Origin: Malacoraja senta
Lineage: Eukaryota
Assembly: GCA_038087875.1 (NCBI GenBank)
Contig: CM075988.1
Span: forward strand, 10,666,001 to 10,730,000
Length of the DNA stretch: 64,000 nt
Direction: 5' to 3'
Of this stretch, positions 50,265 through 61,130 are shown piece after piece; the first letter of the stretch is position 1; each line of letters starts with the position of its first letter. The position numbers and the translations under genes were made by a program. Below the pieces are notes generated by a model. That model made no database searches, was not told where the DNA came from, and was given only the letters and a program-made list of their open reading frames with translations.

Positions 50265-53200
50265 TATGATATAGTTGGGATCACAGAGACATGGCTCCAG
50301 GGTGACCAAGGCTGGGAGCTGAACATCCAGGGATATTCAATATTCAGGAGGGCTAGACAGAAAGGAAAAGGAGGTGGGGTAGCGCTGCTGGTTAGAGAGG
50401 AGATTAACGCAATGGAAAGGAAGGACATTAGCTTGGAGGATGTGGAATCGATATGGGTAGAGCTACGAAACACTAAGGGGCAGAAAACGCTAGTGGGTGT
50501 TGTGTACTGGCCACCTAACAGTAGTAGTGGAGTTGGGGATGGCATCAAACAGGAAATTAGAAATGCGTGCAAAAAAGGTAAAACAGTTATAATGGGTGCC
50601 TTAAATTTACATATAGATTGGGTGAATCAAATTGGCAGGGGTCCTGAGGAAGAGGATTTCTTGGAATGTATGCGGGATAGTTTTCTAAACCAACATGTAG
50701 AGGAACCAACGAGAGAGCAGGCTATTCTAGACTGGGTATTCAGTAATGAGGAAGGGTTAGTTAGCAGTCTTGTTGTGCGTGGCCCCTTGGGCAAGAATCA
50801 TAGAATCATAGAATCATAGAAAGTAGGTGCGAGAGCAGACCACCAGGTCCATCGAGCCCGCACCGCCATTCGCTCATGGCTGAACACCAAACAAACACCC
50901 CTACCCACAAACAGTAGACACAAGACACAGAACACAAGACACTACCCTCCCCTTTATACCGCTATCACCCCTCTCCACCCCAAGAACCGCGTGATCTCCT
51001 GGGGGAGGCAAAAAACCGGATAAAAACCCAGGTCCAATTCGGGAAAAAAATCCGGGAAATTCCTCTCCGACCCCAATCCAGGCGATCGACACTTGTCCAG
51101 GAGATCACTCAGGTCTTACTATACTAACCCTACCTAGGTCCATATCCCTGCCCTCTCCCCGTAGCCCCTTATCCCCTTGGCAACTAAAAAACCATCTATT
51201 TTAGACTTAAATATATTTAATGTTTCTGCTTCCACTGCTCCCTGGGGCAGTGAATTCCATAAATTAACCACCCTCTGGGTGAAGAAGTTCTTCCTCATCT
51301 CAGTTTTAAAAGAGCCCCCCCTTATTCTGCAACTATGTCCCCTAGTTCTAGTTTCCCCGATCATTGGGAACATCCTCGGTGCATCCACCCGATCAAGGCC
51401 CCTCACGATCTTATATGTTTCAATGAGATCGCCTCTCATTCTTCTAAACTCCAAAGAGTAGAGTTCCAGCCTACTTAACTCTTCTAAACTCCAAAGAGTA
51501 GAGTGACCATAATATGGTTGAGTTCTTCATTAGGATGGAGAGTGACATTGTTAATTCAGAAACAAGGGTTCTGAACTTAAAGAAATGTAACTTTGAGGGT
51601 ATGAGACGTGAATTGGCCAAGATTGACTGGCAATTGATTCTTAAAGGGTTGACGGTGGATATGCAATGGAAGGCATTTAAAGACTGCATGGATGAACTAC
51701 AACAATTGTTCATCCCAGTTTGGCAAAAGAATAAATCAGGGAAGGTAGTGCATCCGTGGATAACAAGGGAAATCAGGGATAGTTTCAAAACAAAAGATGA
51801 AGCGTACAAATTAGCCAGAAAAAGCAGCCTACCAGAGGACTGGGAGAAATTCAGAGTCCAGCAGAGGAGGACAAAGGGCTTAATTAGGAAAGGGAAAATA
51901 GATTATGAAGAAAAACTGGCAGGGAACATAAAAACTGACTGCAAAAGTTTTTATAGATATATGAAGAGAAAGAGATTAGTTAAAACAAATGTAGGTCCCT
52001 TGCAGTTAGAAACAGGTGAATTGATCATGGCGAACAAGGACATGGCAGACCAATTGAATAACTACTTTGGTTCTGTCTTCACTAAGGGAGACATAAATAA
52101 TCTACCGGAAATAGCAGGGGGCCGCGGGTCAAAGGAGATAGAGGAACTGAGTGAAATTCAGGTTGGCCGGAAAGTGGTGTTAGGTAAATTGAATGGATTA
52201 AAGGCCGATAAATCCCCAGGGTCAGATAGGCTGTATCCCAGAGTACTTAAGGAAGTAGCCCCAGAAATAGTGGATGCATTAGTGATAATTTTTCAAAACT
52301 CCTTAGATTCTGGAGTAGTTCCTGAGGATTGGAGGGTAGCTAATGTAACCCCACTTTTTAAAAAGGGAGGGAGAGAGAAAACAGGGAATTACAGACCAGT
52401 TAGTCTAACATCGGTAGTGGGGAAACTGTTAGAGTCAGTTATTAAAGATGGGATAGCAGCACATTTGGAAAGTGGTGAAATCATTGGACAAAGTTAGCAT
52501 GGATTTACGAAAGGTAAATCATGTCTGACGAATCTTATAGAATTTTTCGAGGATGTGACTAGTAGAGTGGATAAGGGAGAACCAGCAGATGTGTTATATC
52601 TGGACTTTCAGAAGGCTTTTGACAAGGTCCCACATAAGAGATTAGTATACAAACTTAAAGCACATGGTATTGGGGGTTCAGTATTGATGTGGATAGAGAA
52701 CTGGCTGGCAAACAGGAAGCAAAGAGTAGGAGTAAACGGGTCCTTTTCAGAATGGCAGGCCGTGACTAGTGGGGTACCGCAAGGCTCAGTGCTGGGACCC
52801 CAGCTATTTACAATATATATTAATGATTTGGACGAGGGAATTGAATGCAACATCTCCAAGTTTGCGGATGACACGAAGCTGGGGGGCAGTGTTAGCTGGG
52901 AGGAGGATGCTAGGAGGCTGCAAGGTGACTTGGATAGGCTGGGAGAGTGGGCAAATGCATGGCAGATGCAGTATAATGTGGACAAATGTGAGGTTATCCA
53001 CTTTGGTGGCAAAAACAGGAAAGTAGACTATTATCTAAATGGTGGCCGATTAGGAAAAGGGGTCCAGTCATTGAAAGTAGGCATGTAGGTGCAGCAGGCA
53101 GTGAAGAAAGCGAATGGTATGTTAGCATTCATAGCAAAAGGATTTGAGTATAGGAGCAGGGAGGTTCTACTGCAGTTGTACAGGGTCTTGGTGAGACCAC

Positions 53201-53760
53201 ACCTGGAGTATTGCGTACAGTTTTGGTCTCCAAATCTGAGGAAAGATATTCTTGCCATGCAGGGAGAACAGAGAAGGTTCACCAGACTGATTCCTGGGAT
53301 GTCAGGTCTTTCATATGAAGAAAGACTGGATAGACTCGTCTTGTACTCGCTAGATTTTAGAAGATTGAGGGGGGATCTTATAGAAACTTACAAAATTCTT
53401 AAGGCTAGATGCAGGAAGATTGTTCCCGATGTTGGGGAAGTCCAGGACAAGGGGGTCACAGTTTAAGGATAAAGGGGAAATCCTTTAGGACCGAGATGAG
53501 AAAAACATTTTTCACACAGAGAGTGTTGAATCTCTGGAATTCTTTGCCACAGAAGGTAGTTGAGGCCAGTTCATTGGCTGTATTTAAGAGGGAATTAGAT
53601 GTGGCCCTTGTGGCTAAAGGGATCAGGGGGTATGGAGAGAAGGCAGGTACAGGATACTGAGTTGGATGATCAGCCATGATCATATTGAATGGTGGTTCAG
53701 GCTCGAAGGGCCGAATGGCCTATTCCTGCCCTATTTTCTATGTTTCTATGTTTCTATGTT
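50265..53760 (+). mobile_element. CR1 LINE ORF2 (EN to RT), 5'-truncated and disrupted by stops, deletions and a nested insertion
   Basis: ORFs at 50412, 51514, 52555, 53089 and 53409 are colinear with the 916-aa ORF; 3' UTR and tail present. Confidence 0.95.
50796..51500 (-). mobile_element. Distinct CR1 subfamily 3' fragment with a long structured 3' UTR, nested in CR1
   Basis: ORF 51134-51454 ([14 protein letters not shown]...GYGERAGIWT) and a (ttctatga)n tail. The host sequence ggcaaga|gtgaccat is split by the insertion. Confidence 0.9.
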
Positions 53761-54040
53761 TTAGTTTGGGATATAGAGATTGGAAACAGGCCCTTTGGCC
53801 CACCGAGTCCACGCCAGCCATCAATCACCCAAACACTAGCTCTGTCCTGCACACTAGGGACAATTTACAGAAATGAATCAAGCTGCAAACCTTTACGTCT
53901 TTTTGGAATGAGGGAGGAAACCAGACCACCCAGAGGAAACCCACACGGTTACAGGGAGATTGAACAAACCACACAGATGTCACCCATAGTCAGGATCAAA
54001 CCTGTGTCTCTAGCATTGTAAGGCAGCAACTCTACCAGTA
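53759..54040 (-). mobile_element. HE1-type V-SINE abutting the CR1 tail
   Basis: Tail, V-domain and head. Confidence 0.75.
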
Positions 54041-54371
54041 CTGGCCGCAGTCCTGACAACAAAACAATTAAATTATTTCTTGTTGCAGCTTAACAGGTCC
54101 ATTAATAGAAAAAAATACAAATAAATATACCGGTAAATTTTTCTTAATTAATAATACAATAAATTACTAATTAGTGCTCAGTAATCAGTCCATAATAGTG
54201 CCAAAACTGAAGTTCGTAGAAGCAATCAAAATGAACTTCATAGTAAATCTTAGCTGCTGAGTTAATGGTTGCTGAGAAGATGCTGTTTTTGTAGTCTGGA
54301 GGAACTGTTTTTGTAGGCTACCATCCCAGTGGTAGTAGCGAGATGTAGGATGCATCAATGCATGTGACCTA

Positions 54372-55062
54372 ATGAATAAGTTTATTGGCCAAGTATTCAC
54401 ATACAAGAAATTTGCTTTGGTGCTCTGCCCACAAGTGACAACATGACATACAGTGACAGTTAGGAATAAAACATAAAACATTAAACCTTAATAATAAAAC
54501 ATTATCGATTAAACGTGTGAATTAAATAAAATACCAGAGCAAAAGGAAGCTACAGATTTTTGGTTATTGAGTAGAGCTACTACTCGTGGAAAAAAACTGT
54601 TTTTATGTCTGGCTATGGCAGCTTTGACAGTCCGGAGTCGCCTTCCAGAGGGAAGTGATTCAAAGAGTTTGTGGCCAGGGTGAGAGGAGTCAGAGATGAT
54701 CTTGCCCACTCGCTTACTGGCCCTTGCAATGGAGGGAAGGTTACAGCCAATAACCTTCTCAGCTGATCGGACAATTCGCTGCAGCCAAGATGGCTTGGTG
54801 GCTGAGCCAAACCAGGTCATGATGGAGAAGGTGAGGACAGACTCTACGATGGCCGTATAGAATTGGACCATCTTTGCCTGTGGCAGATTGTGCTTCCTCA
54901 GCTGCAGCAGGAGGTACATCCTCTGTTGTGCCTTTTTGATTGTGGTGTCGATGGCAGCCCCCCACTTAAGGTCCTTGGAGATGATGGTTCCCAGGAAGTT
55001 AAAAGACTCCACAAATGTGACTGTGTTGTTGTTGATGGTGAATGGGGTGAGGGGAGGGGGAG
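54372..55062 (-). mobile_element. Rex1/Babar-clade LINE 3' fragment (post-RT DUF1891-like region)
   Basis: ORF 54509-55012: FLGTIISKDLKW...KKAQQRMY...FYTAIVESVLT...SHPGHKLFESLPSGRRLR...NSFFP. Confidence 0.88.
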
Positions 55063-55495
55063 CTCCGTGTATGAATCCACTGACTTTATCTCTCTGTTAT
55101 CTTTTCTTTAACCTTCAAATCTTTACTCAGTTTCCTTTTGAAAGTCACAGTTAACTACATTTTGAGGCAATGCATTCCAGATTACGAATATACACTCAGT
55201 GTACTTTTCCTTTCATCACTCTTGGATCATGTTTAAATCACTTTAAGTTTAGTTTAAGGAAGACAAAAATGCTGGAGGAACTCAGCAGGTGAGGCAGCAT
55301 CTATGGAGAGAAGGAATAGGCGACGTTTCGGGTCGAGAACCTTCTTCAGACTGATGTCGGGGGTGGAGGGGGGGGGGGGGCGTGAGAAAGAAAGGAAGAG
55401 GTGGAGACAGTAGCCTTATGGGAGAGCTGGGAAGAGAGAGGGGAAGGAGGGAGAAAGCAAGGACTATCTGAAATGAGTGGAGTCATTAGAAATTA

Positions 55496-55813
55496 AGTTT
55501 AGTTTAGTTCAGAGATACAGCGCGGAAACAGGACCTTTGGCCCACCGAGTCCGTGCCGACCACCGATCCACACATGTTAACACTATCCTACACACACTAG
55601 GGACTATTTACACTTACACCAAGCCAACTAACCTACATACCTGTCTGTCTTTGGAGTGTGGGAAGAAATCGAAGATCTCGGAGAAAACTCGTGTGGTCAC
55701 GGGGAGAACGTAAATCTCTGTACAGACAGCACCTGTAGTCGGGATCGAACTCAGGTCTCTGGCGCTGCAAGCGTTGTAAGGCAGCAACTCTACCGCTGCG
55801 CCACCATGCCGCC
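55496..55813 (-). mobile_element. HE1-type V-SINE, well preserved
   Basis: Complete head, V-domain and (tttag)n tail. Confidence 0.9.
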
Positions 55814-56529
55814 CAAGTCTATGCATTCTGGTACTCAGCCCTTTCGCCAATAGGAACATTCCTCTTCGCTTATCCTACCAAAATCCCTGATGAGTTTGTA
55901 GATTAGGAACACAGCGGGTTAGGCAGTATTTGTGGAGGGAAATGGATAGGCAGCAACCACTTTCTGAAGAGAGGTCCTAACCTGAAACATTATCCGTCCA
56001 TTCACTCCACAAATGTTGTCGGACCTGCTCAGTTCCTCCAGTGGTTTGGGTTTTTTTTGCTCAAATTTCCAGCATCTGCAGTCTCTAATGTCTACAATCT
56101 CTTCTCAAGCTATTCCAAGGAGAAAAACAGCAAATCTTCTCGTCTATCTTTCCAACTAGGTTCTGAATGTGGATGTGTTGTATGGTATTACTATTATGTT
56201 TCATTTTATTTTCAAAAGCATAATAAAAAAGTGAATGTTCAAAGTCTTTCCACCTGTTCCGCTAGTTTCAATGACTATGTATCTTGGAACTACGTGCCTA
56301 AATAGTGAAACATGGAAGTCTATGATTAGTGATAATTCCAAAGGCAGAATCCATTGTTGTATTTGCAACATTGGCCTTTACATGAACCCCAGTCTTGCTG
56401 AAAAACTACCACTTGGTCCTTACGTTAAATCGACCTGTCAGAGGATCTGAGGCTTGTTTAATATTTTCTAGGATATTGCAGAGAATATTTAGGAAGCAAA
56501 TGGGAAATGAAATAACTTAAATGAACCAT

Positions 56530-56802
56530 GCGGCACATTGGCACAGCAGTAGAGTTGCTGCCTTACAGCACTTATAGCTTTGTACGTTCTCCCTGTGACC
56601 TGCGTGGGTTTTCTTCGAGAACTTTGGTTTCCTCCCACACTCCAAGGACGTATAGGTTAATTGTAGGTTAATTGCCTTGGTATAAAATGATAAAAAATTG
56701 TTCGTAGTGTAGGATAGTGTTAATGTGCGGGGATCGGTGGTCAGTGCGGACTCGGTATGCCACTGGGCCTGTTTCCACGCTGTATCTCTAAACTAAACTA
56801 AA
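56530..56802 (+). mobile_element. HE1-type V-SINE with internal deletion
   Basis: gcggcacattggcacagcagtagagttgctgcc...ctgtatctctaaactaaactaaa. Confidence 0.85.
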
Positions 56803-57795
56803 AGGGAAGATACAAAATGCTGGATGAACTCCGGCAGCATCCCTGGAGAACATGGAAGACGACACTTCTTCCCACCGAAAACATCACCTATCCATGTTCC
56901 CCAGGGGTATTGCCTGACCCACTGATTTACTCCAGTATTTTGTGTCTTTCCTGGGTAAACCAGCATCTGCAGTTCCTTTTTTCTACAAACTTAAATGAAA
57001 ACATTTTTTCTAAGTTTATTGATGTTTATTATTTAAAAGTGCTTCATATATTCTGATAATTATTTAGCTTTGAAATAATATCAATTATTTTTTATTTGTT
57101 AATTATTCACCACAACCTTAATTTAATATAGCTCATTGCCAAAGATTTATTTTTAAAAACAGTGGTATTTTTAACAGCAGACATGACCCTGCCTCCAGCT
57201 GTCGAGGTCATTTCTGATTTCACAATTCATCACCTGAAGCCCAGACTGTGCTGTCGAAGTACAGGAGAGAGGGCTTCCACATTCAGCTCTTGTAAATGCT
57301 TGGACATACCGCCTGGTCCATCAAGATAAAGGTGGAGGTCATGGATTTCCGAACATCTCTCAGAGTAGCAGATAGCCCATCCATCACAATTCATCCCATT
57401 TAAAACATAGTACATTATCTCAGTGTTTGCAACTGGACGATTCCATGGGTTTTACACTCTGTATTGATCCAGGGTCATTTTGAGTGAAGCCTATCAAAGA
57501 GATAATCTTAGGAAATCACTCTCCTTGATGCAAAATGCCTGTAGCCTAGTTTTGCTGTGTAGTTACTTCCTGCAAACATTGGCATTCTCCCAGAGAACTT
57601 GCTCAAGTCACATTAGCCCGCTGAACTTTGAACAAACATGACACCAATGAACAGGGAAATAAACTCCGATACATCCTGGCCTTCCACACAATTTGCACAT
57701 CATAAATTCATACCATCCTTACCACACTGAAAAACTGCGATACCCTGCATATAAATTCCACATCATAAAATTGGAAGGATAACGTCAAGTTATCA

Positions 57796-58110
57796 GCACA
57801 GTGGAGCAGCTGGTAGAGGTGTAGCCTCACAGCGCCAGAGACCCGGGTTTGATACTGATATCGGGTGACGTCCATGTTTGGTGTATACGTTCTCCCTGTG
57901 ACCGCATGGATTTCCTACAGGTGCTCCGGTTTCCTCCCATAGCCCAAAGCTGTGCGGATTGTTAGTTTAATTGGCCTCTCTAAATTGCCCTTAGTTTGCA
58001 AAGAGTGGATGAGGAAGTGGGATAATATAGAAATTAGTGTGAAAGGGTCAGCGTGGAGTTGCAGGGCTGAAGAGATCCGTGCTGTATCTCTAAACCAAAA
58101 CCAAAACTAA
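57796..58110 (+). mobile_element. HE1-type V-SINE
   Basis: A and B boxes (agacccgggtttgatac), V-domain ctccggtttcctccca, and tail. Confidence 0.85.
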
Positions 58111-58257
58111 GTGCTTGAAGGAGCAATACTGTGATTCTGTTCTTCAATTTGAACTGATTTCTGGATTATTTGTAATACATTTATGTGACGTAGGTTTCAC
58201 TGGCATGTGCAATAATTATTACATTAATTATTATTACATAATAATTAAACATACACA

Positions 58258-58718
58258 AAAGGTGCAGGAGTAGGCCATTCGGCCCTTCGAGCCAGCACCG
58301 CCATTCAATGTGATCATGGCTGATCATCCACAATCAGTACCCCGCTCCTGCATTTTCATCATATCCCTTGATTCCGCGAGCCCTAAGAGCTCTATCTAAC
58401 TTTCATTTGAATGCATCCAGTGAATTGGTCTCCACTGCCTTCTGAGCCAGAGAATTCCACAAATTCACAACTCTCTGGGTGAAAAAGTTGTCCTCATCTC
58501 TGTCCAAAATGGCCCACCCCTTATTCTTAAACTGTGCCCCCTGGTTCTGAACTCTGCCAACATCGGGAACATGTTTCCTGAATCTAGCATGTCCAATCCC
58601 TTAATAATTTTACATGTTTCTATAAGATTCCCCCTCATCCTTCTAAATTCCAGTGAATACAAGCCCAGTCGCTCCATTCTTTCATCGTATGAGTGTCCCG
58701 CCATCCCAGGAATTAAAT
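58258..58718 (-). mobile_element. CR1 3' fragment
   Basis: ORF 58465-58704 ([13 protein letters not shown]) and 3' UTR. Confidence 0.88.
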
Positions 58719-61130
58719 AACCATGCAGTCCTTCTAGTCATGTTACCTCTGTGGTTGGTGGAGATTTCCAAGATTTTGACCTTGCAAATGTGAAAGGGTG
58801 ATTTGCAAATTAGGATGGTATGAAAAATGGATATGATAGTATTTTCACTATAATTCCAGCCCATGTTCTTCTGACCTTTTGGCCATTGCTTTGATGTGAC
58901 TGGTCCAGGGCGAATTGCTGGTGATATTTATTCCTAGGAACGAAGCTTTTGACCATTGCTACTTCAGTGCCATCACAGGGGTATGTGTACTGCTTCACTT
59001 TCTGAAGTCAATCTCAATCTCTTTGTCTTACTGACATTGAGGGAGAGATTGTTATTTGGCACTAAGTTACAAGGTTCTCAATCTGTCTGTACTCTGTCTC
59101 ATCATTATTTGATATCCAGCCCACTATACTGGTGTCATCTGTGAATAGTTCTTACCATCTGCTGCAAGTTCACTATGGCAGCTTCAGGGCACTTTGGGCT
59201 TGATCATTGTGGTGTAATTGAACAATTCTTTATGAAGGACTTTGTACTCGCATCCCAGAACATATTCCATGCTCTTGCTCTCTTTGTGCTGCTTCTGAGT
59301 AGGGGTGTTGGGGTGTACTGAACCATCGAATGCAATAATCAACAGGAGACACAACTGAATTAAGACACTGAGGCTTCTCGGGTTCTGGAGTGGATGTTGT
59401 TGACTCCAATATCCACCTTTTCCCAACTGCATATTGCTCCGTGTAACTTCTGGTGGATCTGTCTGATGCCAGGACGGAACGTGGTTTGCCCAGTAGACAG
59501 AACAGGTCTTACTTAGCAAGAGGAGATGAACAAAAATGCAACAATGACTGAAAAATATGATTCTCTGGATATGCTTAATTTAAGCATTTTTCTTGAATGG
59601 TCAACAGAACATTTCCTCAGGTATTAGCTAGGAAGACTCAGCAAGATTGAATAGATTGTACATTAGTCACTTCTAGTTCTAGTTGATCCATCCTGATCTT
59701 TTCTGATCATTGATTATTTTTATTAGCAGCTTGACACAACCGAATGGCTAGCTTTGCATTCCAGATTGAAATTAAGATATAACAAAGTTTCAGTTTCTTG
59801 CATAACATGTCGAGTAGACCAGGGCAATTCCTTCCCCAAGCAATATTGCTGCACCAGACTTGGCTTTAGGACAATCTGCTAGTTTCTTAGGCCAATGCTG
59901 ATTTTAAGTTTTATTCTCTGGTTTTAGCTTTGTGTCAGTAATTGATTTTAACTTCCTCAGTTGGTGGGATTTTGAAATATTTCCTTTAGATCATTAGTTC
60001 AGAGGTCTAGATTATGAGACATAATTACTTTGCTGCAATCCCTGCAATATTGTACAGATAGTCATCCATTATTTGCAAATTGAACTGGGATTTGTATGTG
60101 TGTCATCAGAAAACGACATGTTTTCTTAATATAAATAGAAGGTCTAAGTTCATCTCATAACTCATTCTGGGGACTTGAAGATGGGAAATGAGATATGTGT
60201 ATCAGCTTATTTTGTTTTGCCAAAATTGACAAGTATTTCATTTTCCAAGTATGATCACGTTTGAGGGATTTGATGGCCCATTTGTCATGAAAACTGGTTT
60301 GAGACTGACTGAACTAATTTAATTTAGACACTTTGAGCCATCAAAGAGTGCAGTCTTGTATCCTACCCCTCTCAATTGGATGTTTACTGAGGTTGACAGT
60401 AAAAAATAAAATCATCCTCAGATCCCAACAAGAAGTCTGACTCATTAAGTGGCCAAAATGTTTTGTAATATGTACAAACCTAATTTATGAAATGATTGCC
60501 TTGCCCATAATTACTGTATTAAAAATAAATATTACGGTAAGTATTGAAGCATAAGATTTAACTGCTGTTTGCTTAATGTGACCTTATCTTACAATAGACT
60601 AGCAAGGTCAGAAAAGTACGAGCCTTTCAAATGATGTTAAACCTTAAGATCTAAAGCTTTATACAGTATGTAACTTAATTAAGTTATATGACTCATGTGA
60701 CAATGGAAAATCAGATTTAAAGCTAATGGCACAAAAACATTGATAAATAACGAGGCAGGACTGGATTGGACTTGAAAAATGTCACCAACACGGTGCCTCT
60801 TGGATGTGGGCTCAGTATATTATTTTAGTACAACTGCTAATAGGGATGGTATGGTGATACTCTACTGGACTGTTTGTAAGAGAATAATCTCATTGTGTGT
60901 TTGCACTTTGCATATGTGACAATAAAGCGGCATTGAAACATTGAACAATTAAAGGGACAGCTGGTAATTGTAATCAAATACGAGATGTGTAATGATGAAA
61001 GCCTCCTCGTGCAAGATTCAAAATTAGCAATAGTTATAAGGTGCTATGAAATCAGAGGTGACTGTCTATGTTGACAGGACTTTGACTACACAAAGAATGT
61101 ATGAAAGTAATTCCTACCAATGCTATCTTA

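Noticed and set aside
55730..55813. tRNA-like A/B boxes
   Set aside because: They are SINE heads continuous with the V-domain and LINE-like tail, with no full cloverleaf.
57178..57420. Possible exon or ORF after an acceptor-like tract
   Set aside because: There is an early stop, no convincing donor and no recognisable peptide; it may be an old repeat.
61121..61128. tgctatct near both ends of the long CR1 as a possible TSD
   Set aside because: The second occurrence (about 63975) lies inside the ORF2 coding sequence, so it is coincidental.
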